The notes under the pieces were generated by a model. That model was not told where the DNA came from. It worked only from the letters and a program-made list of their open reading frames with translations, and searched no databases. The position numbers were made by a program, and so were the translations under genes. Shown here piece after piece: positions 1-9,502 of a DNA stretch of 48,230 nucleotides. Location: positions 1 through 48,230 of the forward strand of contig CATMOE010000026.1 of NCBI GenBank assembly GCA_950072105.1, in the 5' to 3' direction. Origin of the DNA: an uncultured Dehalococcoidia bacterium (GTDB lineage: Bacteria > Chloroflexota > Dehalococcoidia > Lucifugimonadales > UBA3495). Position 1 is the stretch's first letter, and each line of letters begins with the position of its first letter.

Positions 1-76
1 CGGGAGTCCTACAATACTGCCACATCCCCCTGATCTCTCCTTAACAAAAGTGTCCCACTTTTGCTGGTTGCCAACA
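1..76 (-). mobile_element. Terminus of an insertion sequence (IS3/IS481-like end); the rest lies outside the window
   Basis: The minus strand from 76 reads TGTTGGCAACCAGCAAAAGTGGGACACTTTTG, a TG-initiated end resembling IS3-type terminal repeats (CCAGCAA-AGTGG-ACAC). Internal 8-bp inverted repeat at 45-52/56-63. Mid-domain GDPD sequence begins right after position 76. Confidence 0.6.
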
Positions 77-77
77 G

Positions 78-593
78 GAGCAGACAAAGGTCTTGGAGGT
101 GGGAAGCCACTTCTCTCCAGACTATGCTGGAGAGAAAATTCCAACACTTGAAAGAATCTTGGAATTAACGGCCAGAAGCAATGTCGGACTTTACTTGGAG
201 GCCAAGAGTCCTGGAAAGTATCCAGGTATGGATCAGGACATCGCTAATATCTTGGAGAAGCACCAAGCAAGTGACGATGTAGTGGTGTTGTCATTTGATG
301 ATGAGTGGGTGAACGCCTATAGAAAGACCGCATCTGGATCACGAGTCGGATTGATATCTTGGTGGCGAGGCTCCATGCCCTCTTCGGCAGAGGCGGCCGT
401 TGTGGATGTGTTCTGGGCAGCGGTAATCCTTGACCCTACGCTTATTCGCCGAGCCCACAATCGAGGGGCCCAAGTCGCCGTGTGGACTGTCAACAGCCCT
501 AGGTTGATGAGGTTGATGTTATTGCTAGGCGTGGACGGCGTAACAACCGACTATCCGAACCGCTGGAATATGGTGCGGGAGTCTAAAAAATGA
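78..593 (+). pseudogene. Glycerophosphodiester phosphodiesterase (GDPD/UgpQ family), 3' half only
   Basis: EQTKVLEVGSHFSPDYAGEKIPTLE, LYLEAK, LSFD, VAVWTVN and GVDGVTTDYP are GDPD motifs. The N-terminal HRG/ExD catalytic part is absent, and the homology starts at the IS end. Confidence 0.8.
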
Positions 594-2101
594 CCGGCCT
601 TGTTGCCCAAACGTCTCCAGATTATTGGTTCCTAGAGGGAAGCCAGATCGCGAACACGCCAGCGTATACTTCTGGTAACTCGGTCGTACCGCTGATCGAC
701 GGCGCGGCGTACATGGAGAATCTTCACCGTCGGATCAAGTCATTGGGAAAGGGAGATTTTCTATACTTCTTAGGCTGGCGGGTGACACAGACGCAAAATT
801 TGCTGGGAGAGGGCGATATTTCGGGCTCGCTACTGGATGAATTTGAACACCTGCTGTCGATTGGGGTAGATGTCCGCTGCCTTATCTGGTACTTCCCGGC
901 GTCAGCGCTCAGGGTCGGCCGCGAATATTCCCAACTCAGAGGTAATATCGGGTTCGTGAGTGCGCTCAACGGCCTAAAGAAGCCCAACGGGGTGGCCTTG
1001 TTGGACCAGCGTCTCCGACTTTGGGCGCTTAGCTCGCACCATCAAAAATCCATCATTCTCGGAGCAAAAGAGCGCGTGGCCGCATACGTGGGCGGTATCG
1101 ACATTTGCCGGGACCGGTGGGACACCCCGGACCACGATAGCTCCCCCCGTCGTACCAAGCAAAAGCACGAAGGGTGGCACGACGCTCACTGTCTAGTCGA
1201 AGGGCCCGCGGTTGCCCAACTGTGGGACAATTTCAGGGACCGTTGGAACGATTTGAATCCGGCTCACCGCAACCCTTTTGCGCCAAAACCTAGGATTCCT
1301 CCCGCCATTTCTGATGACTCAAGGCCACAAGATTCGCCGGTTTCCAACGGCACCCACCATGTTCAGGTTCTATGCACGCTTGCCGGAAGCGGGGTTTATT
1401 CGTTTGCGCCGGATGGAGAGCAGAGCGTCAATCACGCCTTAGCACGGGCCATCGACCGCTCTCGCCATTATATCTATATCGAAGATCAGTTCTTTTGGCC
1501 ATGTAGCCTAATCGAAAGATTGAGAGAGGCGGCCGGCCGCGGAGTTAAGATAATATTGCTTCTCGCCAATCGAAGTTTTCGTGGAATTATGGCCAAATAT
1601 CACAATGCGATGCGGTTTGAGGCTCTGGAACAGGTCCGAGGCTTGGCTCCGGAGAACGTGTTCGTTTCCCAATTACAACAATCTGGTCTTGGCCCGGAAA
1701 TACACGTCCATGCCAAACTCTGGATCATAGACGACCGTTATGTCTCTATCGGAAGCGCGAATGTCACCCAACGCAGTATGGCCACTGACTCTGAATTGAC
1801 TGTTGCCATAGTGGATGGCGATACCACGGAGAGCAAGATGCAGGGTCTGCCACTGGTGGTGGGCCGCTTCGCAAAAGAACTTAGGATTTCTTTATGGACG
1901 GAACATTTAGGTCTTGAAGATCGAGGGTCGATCGAAGACCCAATTGAACAGGAGTCGGGGCGGCCCGCTGGGTGGCCCATCTCACAAAACTCGTCATCCG
2001 GTTCACCCTCTTATAGACATCATGCCGTCTGTCACGAGGTCCCAGAACCGCGCCGGACCTGGCCCAAATGGGTGCCCAGAGTCCTCATGAATCCTGGGTA
2101 A
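590..2101 (+). CDS. Phospholipase D family protein, plant/eukaryote PLD-like, two HKD-type motifs
   Basis: SHHQKSIILG...YVGGID, WHDAH, YIYIEDQFF, HVHAKLWIIDD..IGSAN..RS, SLWTEHLG. ATGA overlap with the GDPD stop at 590-593. Confidence 0.9.
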   Translation: MTGLVAQTSPDYWFLEGSQIANTPAYTSGNSVVPLIDGAAYMENLHRRIKSLGKGDFLYFLGWRVTQTQNLLGEGDISGSLLDEFEHLLSIGVDVRCLIWYFPASALRVGREYSQLRGNIGFVSALNGLKKPNGVALLDQRLRLWALSSHHQKSIILGAKERVAAYVGGIDICRDRWDTPDHDSSPRRTKQKHEGWHDAHCLVEGPAVAQLWDNFRDRWNDLNPAHRNPFAPKPRIPPAISDDSRPQDSPVSNGTHHVQVLCTLAGSGVYSFAPDGEQSVNHALARAIDRSRHYIYIEDQFFWPCSLIERLREAAGRGVKIILLLANRSFRGIMAKYHNAMRFEALEQVRGLAPENVFVSQLQQSGLGPEIHVHAKLWIIDDRYVSIGSANVTQRSMATDSELTVAIVDGDTTESKMQGLPLVVGRFAKELRISLWTEHLGLEDRGSIEDPIEQESGRPAGWPISQNSSSGSPSYRHHAVCHEVPEPRRTWPKWVPRVLMNPG

Positions 2102-2201
2102 CGTGCTGTTAAAAACTCCAAATGGTTGGCTGGTAGAATCTCCCACACTATTCGCCCTTAGCGTCGGCGAACACGTGGGCCCTGAGTTGGGGCTTACTCG
2201 C

Positions 2202-4667
2202 CTACGGCTCCCCACCCACCGATGGGTCCGCCCACTGGACGACGCCCCGCGTTCCCAAGTCCTCGATCCGCTGGTCGTCGTAGCCCATCTCCCGAAGCAG
2301 GGGCTTGGTGTGCTGGCCGATCTGGTTTGAGGTTCGGTAGAGTCCAGGTGTCAGGGAGAATTCGACCAACCCGCCGTAACGCAAGTATTTGCCAATATGC
2401 GGATGCTCCACCTCAACGCTCAGAGCATTCGCCTTAGCGTGGGGATGGTCCGCATAAAACCCTCCCTCCAGAGCTTCGTCGGCCCGGACACAGCCGATGT
2501 CCGCCTTGATCAACAACTCCTCCCACTCGACAGCGGTGCGTCCTGAGAATATCCCCGAAATCTCGGAGATCAGGGCCTCGTCATTGGACTGCCGCGCCTC
2601 CCGGCTAGAGAATCGAGGATCGGTCAGGAGGTCTCCCCGCCTCACGGTGCGGCAGAATGTCTCCCACTCGTCTTGGAACAGACAACCCAGGAACACCCAC
2701 CCTTCCTTGCAGCGGTAGAGACGGTACAGGGCATGGAGGCCATGGATATCATCGTCGGGCATCGCTATGGGTGGACGGTTGGCGTGGTCGTAATACTCAT
2801 CGGCATTGGTCCAGGCATTGGCATTGAGCATGGTGACGTGGATGGGCTGCCCCGTTCGGGTGAGGTCCCGCGCCCGGAGGCCGAGGATGATGCCCGTGGC
2901 CACAGCCGCGGAAGTGTTCTGGTCCGGTCCCCAGTTGGACCTCATGATCCAGCGGGTTGCCTCAACGATCTCCTCAATGTCCATGACCTCTTCCGGAGGC
3001 GGGGGCATGCTCCGGCCCATCTGCCGCAAGGGGCCGCCCATGATGGCGCCGGGAATTGGATGGGCGCCGGGCCTACGCGCGTGTATCCCGTTTTCTCCAT
3101 AGGTCCCCATCCAAACATGGACCAGGCGGGGATTGATCTTGTGGCAAGTCTCCCAATCGACTTGAAGACGCTCCGGAACGCCGGGGCGATAGTTGTGCAA
3201 GAGAATATCGGCCTTGGCGATGAGCTTGTGGACGATCTCTTTGCCCTCAGGAGTCTGGAGGTCGACCTGAATGCATTCCTTACCAGCGTAGGTCCGGGCG
3301 TCGGCCATCGCTTGGGCCGTGGAGCGCCGCCCCTCATCCAATCGAACGTCGGTGGCGTCGACCTTAATGACTCGCGACCCAAGGTCCGCCAAAAGCGCGG
3401 CGCCGTAGGGTCCGGCCTGGATCGTGGCCAGGTCCAGGATCGTGACCCCTGACAGGGGGTGGGCCGGCACATCGGCCTCAGGTAAGCCAACGATTGTGGT
3501 TACGGGCTGCTGCCGCAGGCGTCCCAGCACTTCGACGTTATGTTGTCCCACATCGGGGGCCGGTCCGCTTGCCTCTCCCGGAGTGTCCTTGAGATCCACG
3601 AGCGGGGCCAAGGTGCGCATAGCGCCGACTCGAGGATCATCTATCGTTACCACGGTACCGTTCGAGCGCACCGCGGGATGATCCATGGCCTGGATGCTGT
3701 CACGATAGGGCTCGGCGGCGATGTTGCCGTCCTGAAGATAGATCTCCATCCACTCGTGGGCGGTCTTCTCCAACTGCTTCTTCAGTATCTCCCGGCGCAG
3801 GAGCTCCCGGTTGTCCAAGGTGATACCGGGAACATTCTTGAACCGCTCATCCTCAAGCAGGTGCCCAAGGCCGATGGCCTTGATATGGCCCTGGATGTGT
3901 GGGCCCCTCAGGTTGGCGTGCTGGAGCCATGTGCCGTCCTTGGTCCGCACGGGGATGTATCCGATGGAGGAGAGGCCTCTACCGCCGCCGGGTCTTCCGG
4001 GAAACCGCTCCGGGTCCCTGCGCCGGAGTTGCATATTCACCAGTCCACCGTCGCCGGCGTTGTTGTCGTGGGGAGAGGCCAGGCTTTGTAGGATACTGGT
4101 CTGGACCCATTGCCCACGCCCACATAGGTCACGCACGCGCAGGGCGCCGATGATTCCGCGCACCGCCGCCTGGCTGGCGTGCCAGCTGCCAGTGTACACC
4201 GCCGAGTACACTGGGCCATCCCGGGTGGGCTGACCCTGTAAGTTGAGCATCCGGCCGGCCTTGGCCGCAACGATGCCCTCGTACCCTTTTACCCGGCGGA
4301 GCGGGCCATTTTGCCCGAATCCCGTAATAGAGCAGTAAACCAGCCTCGGGTAAAGTTGCGACAGGGTGTCATACCCCAATCCCCATTTGGCCATGTCGCC
4401 GGGACGGAAAGACTCGACCAGCACATCAGCCTCGCCGGCGAGTTGGATGGCTTGCTCGCGGCCTTCCGCAGTGCTGAGATCCAGCACAATGCCTTTCTTC
4501 CCGCGGTTCCACGAGATCCAGGCAGGCTGAAAACGGAAAGGATCTCCGCCGGGAGGTTCCACCTTTATCACTTCGGCCCCGTAATCGGCCATTACCAAGG
4601 TGCAGATGGCCCCCGGCATCCCCAAGGAGAAATCCAGGACGGTTAGGCCCGTACATGGTCCTGCCAC
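2202..4667 (-). CDS. Two-domain class III CoA-transferase (CaiB/BaiF family)
   Basis: Two tandem CaiB/BaiF domains: VLDFS..ADYGAEVIKVEPPGGD..NRGKK, and LSGVTILDLA..LADLGSRVIKVD..GKE. Confidence 0.9.
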   Translation of the reverse strand: MAGPCTGLTVLDFSLGMPGAICTLVMADYGAEVIKVEPPGGDPFRFQPAWISWNRGKKGIVLDLSTAEGREQAIQLAGEADVLVESFRPGDMAKWGLGYDTLSQLYPRLVYCSITGFGQNGPLRRVKGYEGIVAAKAGRMLNLQGQPTRDGPVYSAVYTGSWHASQAAVRGIIGALRVRDLCGRGQWVQTSILQSLASPHDNNAGDGGLVNMQLRRRDPERFPGRPGGGRGLSSIGYIPVRTKDGTWLQHANLRGPHIQGHIKAIGLGHLLEDERFKNVPGITLDNRELLRREILKKQLEKTAHEWMEIYLQDGNIAAEPYRDSIQAMDHPAVRSNGTVVTIDDPRVGAMRTLAPLVDLKDTPGEASGPAPDVGQHNVEVLGRLRQQPVTTIVGLPEADVPAHPLSGVTILDLATIQAGPYGAALLADLGSRVIKVDATDVRLDEGRRSTAQAMADARTYAGKECIQVDLQTPEGKEIVHKLIAKADILLHNYRPGVPERLQVDWETCHKINPRLVHVWMGTYGENGIHARRPGAHPIPGAIMGGPLRQMGRSMPPPPEEVMDIEEIVEATRWIMRSNWGPDQNTSAAVATGIILGLRARDLTRTGQPIHVTMLNANAWTNADEYYDHANRPPIAMPDDDIHGLHALYRLYRCKEGWVFLGCLFQDEWETFCRTVRRGDLLTDPRFSSREARQSNDEALISEISGIFSGRTAVEWEELLIKADIGCVRADEALEGGFYADHPHAKANALSVEVEHPHIGKYLRYGGLVEFSLTPGLYRTSNQIGQHTKPLLREMGYDDQRIEDLGTRGVVQWADPSVGGEP

Positions 4668-4732
4668 TCTTCAACCCCCTTTCGGCCGAGATTTCCCAGA
4701 TGAAACTGGTTCCCAATAAACGTGACCCTTTG

Positions 4733-4951
4733 TGTCAAGGACGGAGAGAAAATGTACCAGCAAGGCAGAGCAAAACTGTACCACCGAACGGCACTGTGTG
4801 AGTATGAAAGTCTCCTGGTCTGTGAGAGCTTAGGGCGAGTTTGTTGACTGATGCTGGTTGGTTTGCCTGCTCTGCTGGTACAATTTTTTAAACCGCCGCT
4901 GCCGCCGCGCTTCTACCGCCTTTGTGGCACATTATTACGCCACTGTTTACA
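4733..4951. mobile_element. IS21-family non-autonomous miniature element (MITE or internally deleted IS), 219 bp
   Basis: TGT...ACA termini. The ends TGTCAAGGACGGAGAGAAAATGTACCAGCAAGGCAG and (reverse complement) TGTAAACAGTGGCGTAATAATGTGCCACAAAGGCGG match at 23/36. Subterminal AAAATGTACCA-type repeats at 4749, 4772, 4876 (rc) and 4925 (rc). No transposase. Confidence 0.75.
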
Positions 4952-5389
4952 GCTGCCGAACCACCGGTAGGGCTATACCGGTTGGAGTATAGCAGGGGAC
5001 GCGGTTGACCAGGCTCTGTTAGGTTACCGGTTGAGCGATCTACGACTGCTCCGATCTTCATCCGCTGGTGGGTCAGTGACATTGACCAGTCCCCACCTCA
5101 GACTAGACTTCGCGTCGGTCCGCTAGTTGCCGATGATCTGGGTTTATAGTTCACGGTGTTTCGAAAGTATTATGTTCAGGGATTGGACTGATCTGGGAAA
5201 TACAAGGCTAGTTGACGACGGATAGACAATCCGGCATTATCCCTCGGGGCCAGAACGCTGATCCCCGAGATGGGCCTAATCTCATCATGGCAGCGAAATT
5301 TACGGGGGTGGACTGATGCAAGCACCGAACCCCCGAGACTATCTTTGGAGTCTGGATTATCCCTGGTTTTTACCCCAAATCTTGTGAAT

Positions 5390-6633
5390 ATGGTGAAAGT
5401 TTTGTCTAACCTAAAAATCCCAGTAATACCCATACCTTTGATCGTCTTCACGGCGGTCTTGGGCGCGCTGTTCTTGTTCCTGGCGGTGCCACGCATCATT
5501 GCCCATGACGATCCAGTGGGAGACCAACTTATCCACGCTTGCGTTAACGGTAAGAGCGGCGAGATCAAGATTATCGACCCGCTGGGCGATGGCGGCAGCA
5601 AGGACAAGGGCAGCGAAGACAAGGGCAGCGAAGATTCTGAAGATTCTGATGACGGCTGCAAGAAGAAAGATATCCGACTAGACTGGAATGCCGTTGGTAG
5701 CCAGGGCGACACCGGACCCCAGGGTGCCCAAGGTATCCAGGGCGATACGGGCCTTCAGGGCGAACAAGGCATCCAGGGTGATACCGGTCTTCAGGGCGAA
5801 CAAGGCATCCAGGGCGCCACAGGACCTCAAGGCGACCCCGCCACCGACGACCAGACACTAGCCCTCGCGGGGACCTTGCTGAGCATCACGGGCGGCAATA
5901 GCGCCGACCTGTCGACCCTGCCCTTTGGCGATGGCAATTCGCTGGACGCGGCAGATGGATCTCAGACGGACGTTCTGACCGTTGATAACGACGGCAATTT
6001 GAGCTTGGCTGGAGGTACCTTCCTCCAGACCTCAATCTCTCCCACTAGCGCAGGCTCGATATCCGATGGTTCATTAAACACCGCCCGATCCGTCTACGTC
6101 TCTGGGGAATATGCCTATGTGGCCGCTTCTGAGGCAGATAGCCTCACCATAGTCGATGTCAGCGACCCCTCCTCCCCCGCCATCGCAGGCTCAGTAAGTG
6201 ATGGTGGAGTTCTATTAGACGGCGCCAGATCTGTCTACGTCTCTGGGAAATACGCTTAAGTGGCCGCTGCTTTTGCAGACAGCCTCACCATAGTGGACAT
6301 TTCAGGGATCGATGCTCCAGCAGCCACCATCGGGGATATCTCAGCAAGCACCATAGAAGTCACCGAGAACGTGGACGTTGGTAATAACCTTTATGTCAGG
6401 AATGCGGTGAATGTCGGACCGGGGGGCTCTTCTCTAATGGCGATATAACGTCTAATGGTGATATAACGGCTAGTGGATACATCCAGCTTGGTATTGTTGC
6501 GAATGTTCCGCCACCAGCAGCTGATTGTAATGCCGAGACAGAGGCTGGGCGTATGACGTTAAATTCTACCTTTAACTTCCTCTTCATTTGCAGTGGAAGT
6601 AGTGGGTGGGTCGGGGTTGCTCTCTCTACGTAA
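5390..6633 (+). pseudogene. Secreted collagen-like / LVIVD-repeat surface protein, interrupted by TAA (6257-6259) and a frameshift in a G6 run (6421-6426)
   Basis: Hydrophobic N-terminal signal (PLIVFTAVLGALFLFLAV), IHACVN..C..WN domain, 16 GXY triplets, two LVIVD-like repeats (ARSVYVSGxYAYVAA..DSLTIVD), with TAA at the Tyr position of the second repeat. Adding one G restores a C-terminus ending PPAADC..GRM..LFICSGSSGW..ST-stop at 6633. Confidence 0.8.
5696..5839 (+). repeat. Collagen-like (Gly-X-Y)16 coding repeat with 36-bp GIQGDTGLQGEQ units
   Basis: Translation GSQGDTGPQGAQGIQGDTGLQGEQGIQGDTGLQGEQGIQGATGPQGDP. Confidence 0.95.
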
Positions 6634-6815
6634 TCGGGGCTTTTGGCGCTTATACGCCTTCACTTGGTGGCTGCCGGTTGTGGCCTAGTCCTATTCCAAA
6701 GTTACGAAGGAGGTCACAACCAGATGGGCTGTCCAAGCGCAGTTACTAGAATCTTCGACATACCACCTTTGACAAACCTGCTTATGGGGCTGTGGGATCT
6801 TAGCCGTTATGGGGG

Positions 6816-7991
6816 ATGAGGTTGCGGTCAGCGGTTGACCAGGAGATCAGAGATCTGATCCAAAAGAAAGGGCGGATCACATTCGCCGAGTTCATGCAGG
6901 CCTGCCTGTACTCGCCCCTTGGAGGCTTTTACTCTTCCCGGGGCAACAGGATCAGCTCGCACTTCGGGACCTCCCCCACGAGTCACCCGGTTTTCGGTTC
7001 CCTGATCGCACGTCAACTGGAGCAGATGTGGCACATACTCGGAGACCCTCCTGTTTTCCACGTTATTGAGGTAGGCTCCGGCGACGGCGCCTTGGCTCGA
7101 TCCATCGTGGAAGCCTGCAGGAGGATGCCCCCCCGGTTTGCTCGGGCGCTCAACTACGTCGCTACCGACTACCAGCCTTGCTGGCTCCAATCACCGGACC
7201 ACACGTCAGGCTGGAACTACGGGACTGAGGGCTTCGCGGGTCCCAAGAGAGAAGACACCATCTTGGGGATCCAACGAGTTAAGGCCGAAGGATCACGTCC
7301 GTTCCAAAATGTTGTTGGCTGTATCCTGTGCAACGAGTTGATCGATAACTTCCCCGTCCATCGGTTCGCCATCCAGGATGGAAGAGTCAAGGAAGTCTTC
7401 GTCACATCGGAGGGACGAAATCTCACCGAAGTCCTGGATGAGCCATCAACACCCCGCATCGAAAAGAGGCTGGCTAGTCTGGGCTTGTCCCTACCTGAAG
7501 GGTATCGTGGTGAGGTGAACCTGGCGATGGAGGACTGGACCGGCCAGCTTGCCAGTGCCCTAGACCGAGGGTTTGTTCTCACTATCGACTACGGTCAACT
7601 GGCCCCCGACCTCTATTCGCCCCAAAATTCCCAAGGTACGCTGGTCTGCTACAACCGGCACGTCGTCGGTAGCGACCCGTACCAGGACATCGGTCAACAG
7701 GATATTACCGCCCTGGTCGACTTCACGTCCCTTATGCAGCTAGGTGACCGGCACGGTCTAACGACCGTGGGCTACGCCCTGCAGAGCCAGTTCCTGACGA
7801 ACCTTGGCTTCTCCTCGTACCTCGATGCGCTCCAAACGCAAGACCTGTCCGCCGCCAGGATGGAACTGGCTCGAATGGCCATGATGAGCTTGGTGGACCC
7901 GGACGAGTATGGCGACTTCAAAGTGCTTGCCCAGACCAAAGGGATCGGGTTAGGGACTGAACTCATGGGGTTTGAGAACCGGGAACCATAG
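6816..7991 (+). CDS. SAM-dependent methyltransferase, MidA/NDUFAF7 family
   Basis: ITFAEFMQACLY..GFY, IEVGSGDGALA, NELIDNFP, IDYG, GQQDITALVDFT. Confidence 0.9.
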   Translation: MRLRSAVDQEIRDLIQKKGRITFAEFMQACLYSPLGGFYSSRGNRISSHFGTSPTSHPVFGSLIARQLEQMWHILGDPPVFHVIEVGSGDGALARSIVEACRRMPPRFARALNYVATDYQPCWLQSPDHTSGWNYGTEGFAGPKREDTILGIQRVKAEGSRPFQNVVGCILCNELIDNFPVHRFAIQDGRVKEVFVTSEGRNLTEVLDEPSTPRIEKRLASLGLSLPEGYRGEVNLAMEDWTGQLASALDRGFVLTIDYGQLAPDLYSPQNSQGTLVCYNRHVVGSDPYQDIGQQDITALVDFTSLMQLGDRHGLTTVGYALQSQFLTNLGFSSYLDALQTQDLSAARMELARMAMMSLVDPDEYGDFKVLAQTKGIGLGTELMGFENREP

Positions 7992-8077
7992 CGGGCACGT
8001 CATTCGTCCCACCCTCAAATACGGGGTCGTTCAAAGCTTAGGGAACTCGCACCTCGAAGTAAGAGAATGGGGATACG

Positions 8078-8130
8078 AAAAACGCCCGGTGGCTTGTCGC
8101 TTCATTTGATGTCAACAAGCCCCCCGGGCG
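8078..8130 (-). terminator. Probable intrinsic terminator for the thiolase-like gene
   Basis: Imperfect GC-rich hairpin CGCCCGG.GGCTTGT / ACAAGCC..CCGGGCG, followed on the minus strand by a T-run (A5 at 8078-8082), just past the stop at 8152. Confidence 0.6.
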
Positions 8131-8151
8131 ATAATCTGCTCCGGCCGGTTC

Positions 8152-9447
8152 CTAGCTCGGGTGCTTGCTGAACATGATGAAGCCGTTACTGTCGGGCGTA
8201 TTGCAGCCGGCGAGGGCGGTGTCAGCCCGAACGGTCACCTGCCGTGGACCCGCTGTCCCTCGAAGCTGCTGAATGCTGTCAGAGTAGAGGACGGAGCGGT
8301 TGCGCCCCGTTCCGTTATTTCCACCACTGGAAAGGAAGGGATGGGGGCCTTCGACCCTGATGTCGTCGGCATAAAAGTCGTGGGCCTCCCCAAACTTGAC
8401 ACCGTGCCACTGGAAGCCCTCCAGGAACTGCTGCGTGAAAGTGAGGTAGCCGTCGTACGGGTTGAAGATGTCAACATCCGCCGCGCCAAGCCCGGAACCC
8501 TCCCACATCTTCCGTGCCAGACTGGAGACCGCCTCCTGATGCTCCTCCAGAGTTGACATGGTGCTCCGGCCCTTGCCGGTGTTCTGGGCATGGTTCAGGA
8601 CGTAGACTGGCTTCTGCCTTAGGTCTTTGGCACGCTCGGCCGTGGTAAAGATGAAGGCGCCACACGTATTGACGGGCCTGTCGCAGTCAAATATCACCAG
8701 CGGTTCCTCAATCATGCGCCCGTTCAAATAATCGTCAGTGGTGAGTTGATGCGGCTCATGCATAGCGTAGTATCCCCAGGGGGTCATCAGGCCGTTTCTG
8801 CGCAGATTCAAGCACAACGGGGCCAGCCCTTCGTGGGACTTGCCGTATTTTTTGCAATACTGCTGGAAGATCACGAGATTGTTGAACATCGCGCCGCTCT
8901 GATAACCCCACGGGAGGGTAAAGGCGCTGCTCCCGGGTGCTTCCTCATTCGAGTTCTGAGGGTTGTTGTGCCCGTACCGGCCTTCAAGGTTAACCATTGG
9001 GTACCACACCAGGGCGGTCTCGCATAAACCGTCACCCACGGCCTGAGCGGCCAGGCCCATCATCGGGCCGATGTAGGAAGCATCTGATTTAAAATACTTG
9101 GCGTTCTTAAATCCCAACTCCCTGTTTATCCACTCGGCCGAAGCCTTGATAAGGCCGTCTTCCGTGTCGTACGGCGGTGCGAAATAGGGCCTTGGAGCCC
9201 AGGTTTGTTCGGCGCGGGTATCCGCGCTGGTGATAAGTCCATCAATGTCGTCTAGCGAAAGGCCCGCGTCCGCGATCGCCTTCAGGCATGCCTCTTTCGC
9301 CAAGCCGCCGCAGCTTCTGTCCATGGTCACGCCGTCCCAGCGCCGGTCCATATGGGACTGACCCCAGCCTACGACGGCTACCTTGCCGCGGTGTTCCCAG
9401 ACTCCCAAACCTTCACGATCTCTCATCCAACTAGTGTCACTAACCAT
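8152..9447 (-). CDS. Thiolase-superfamily protein (SCP2/Ltp2-like)
   Basis: GKVAVVGWGQS, AIADAGL..DIDGL, DYLNGRMI..PL..FDCD, A.I.TTAERAKDL..KPVY, YDGY, SSGG. Adjacent to a DUF35 gene. Confidence 0.85.
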   Translation of the reverse strand: MVSDTSWMRDREGLGVWEHRGKVAVVGWGQSHMDRRWDGVTMDRSCGGLAKEACLKAIADAGLSLDDIDGLITSADTRAEQTWAPRPYFAPPYDTEDGLIKASAEWINRELGFKNAKYFKSDASYIGPMMGLAAQAVGDGLCETALVWYPMVNLEGRYGHNNPQNSNEEAPGSSAFTLPWGYQSGAMFNNLVIFQQYCKKYGKSHEGLAPLCLNLRRNGLMTPWGYYAMHEPHQLTTDDYLNGRMIEEPLVIFDCDRPVNTCGAFIFTTAERAKDLRQKPVYVLNHAQNTGKGRSTMSTLEEHQEAVSSLARKMWEGSGLGAADVDIFNPYDGYLTFTQQFLEGFQWHGVKFGEAHDFYADDIRVEGPHPFLSSGGNNGTGRNRSVLYSDSIQQLRGTAGPRQVTVRADTALAGCNTPDSNGFIMFSKHPS

Positions 9448-9502
9448 CTCAGCTCCCTTATGCTTTCCATGATGTTCATTTCAATCGTAAGACCCAACTG
9501 GG

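Noticed and set aside
4888..5082. 64-aa minus-strand ORF with a GAGGTGG RBS running into the miniature element
   Set aside because: No recognisable motif. It may be a truncated remnant, but the sequence alone cannot support a call.
5696..5839. Tandem repeats as a CRISPR array
   Set aside because: They are in-frame collagen codons with no unique spacers, and there are no cas genes.
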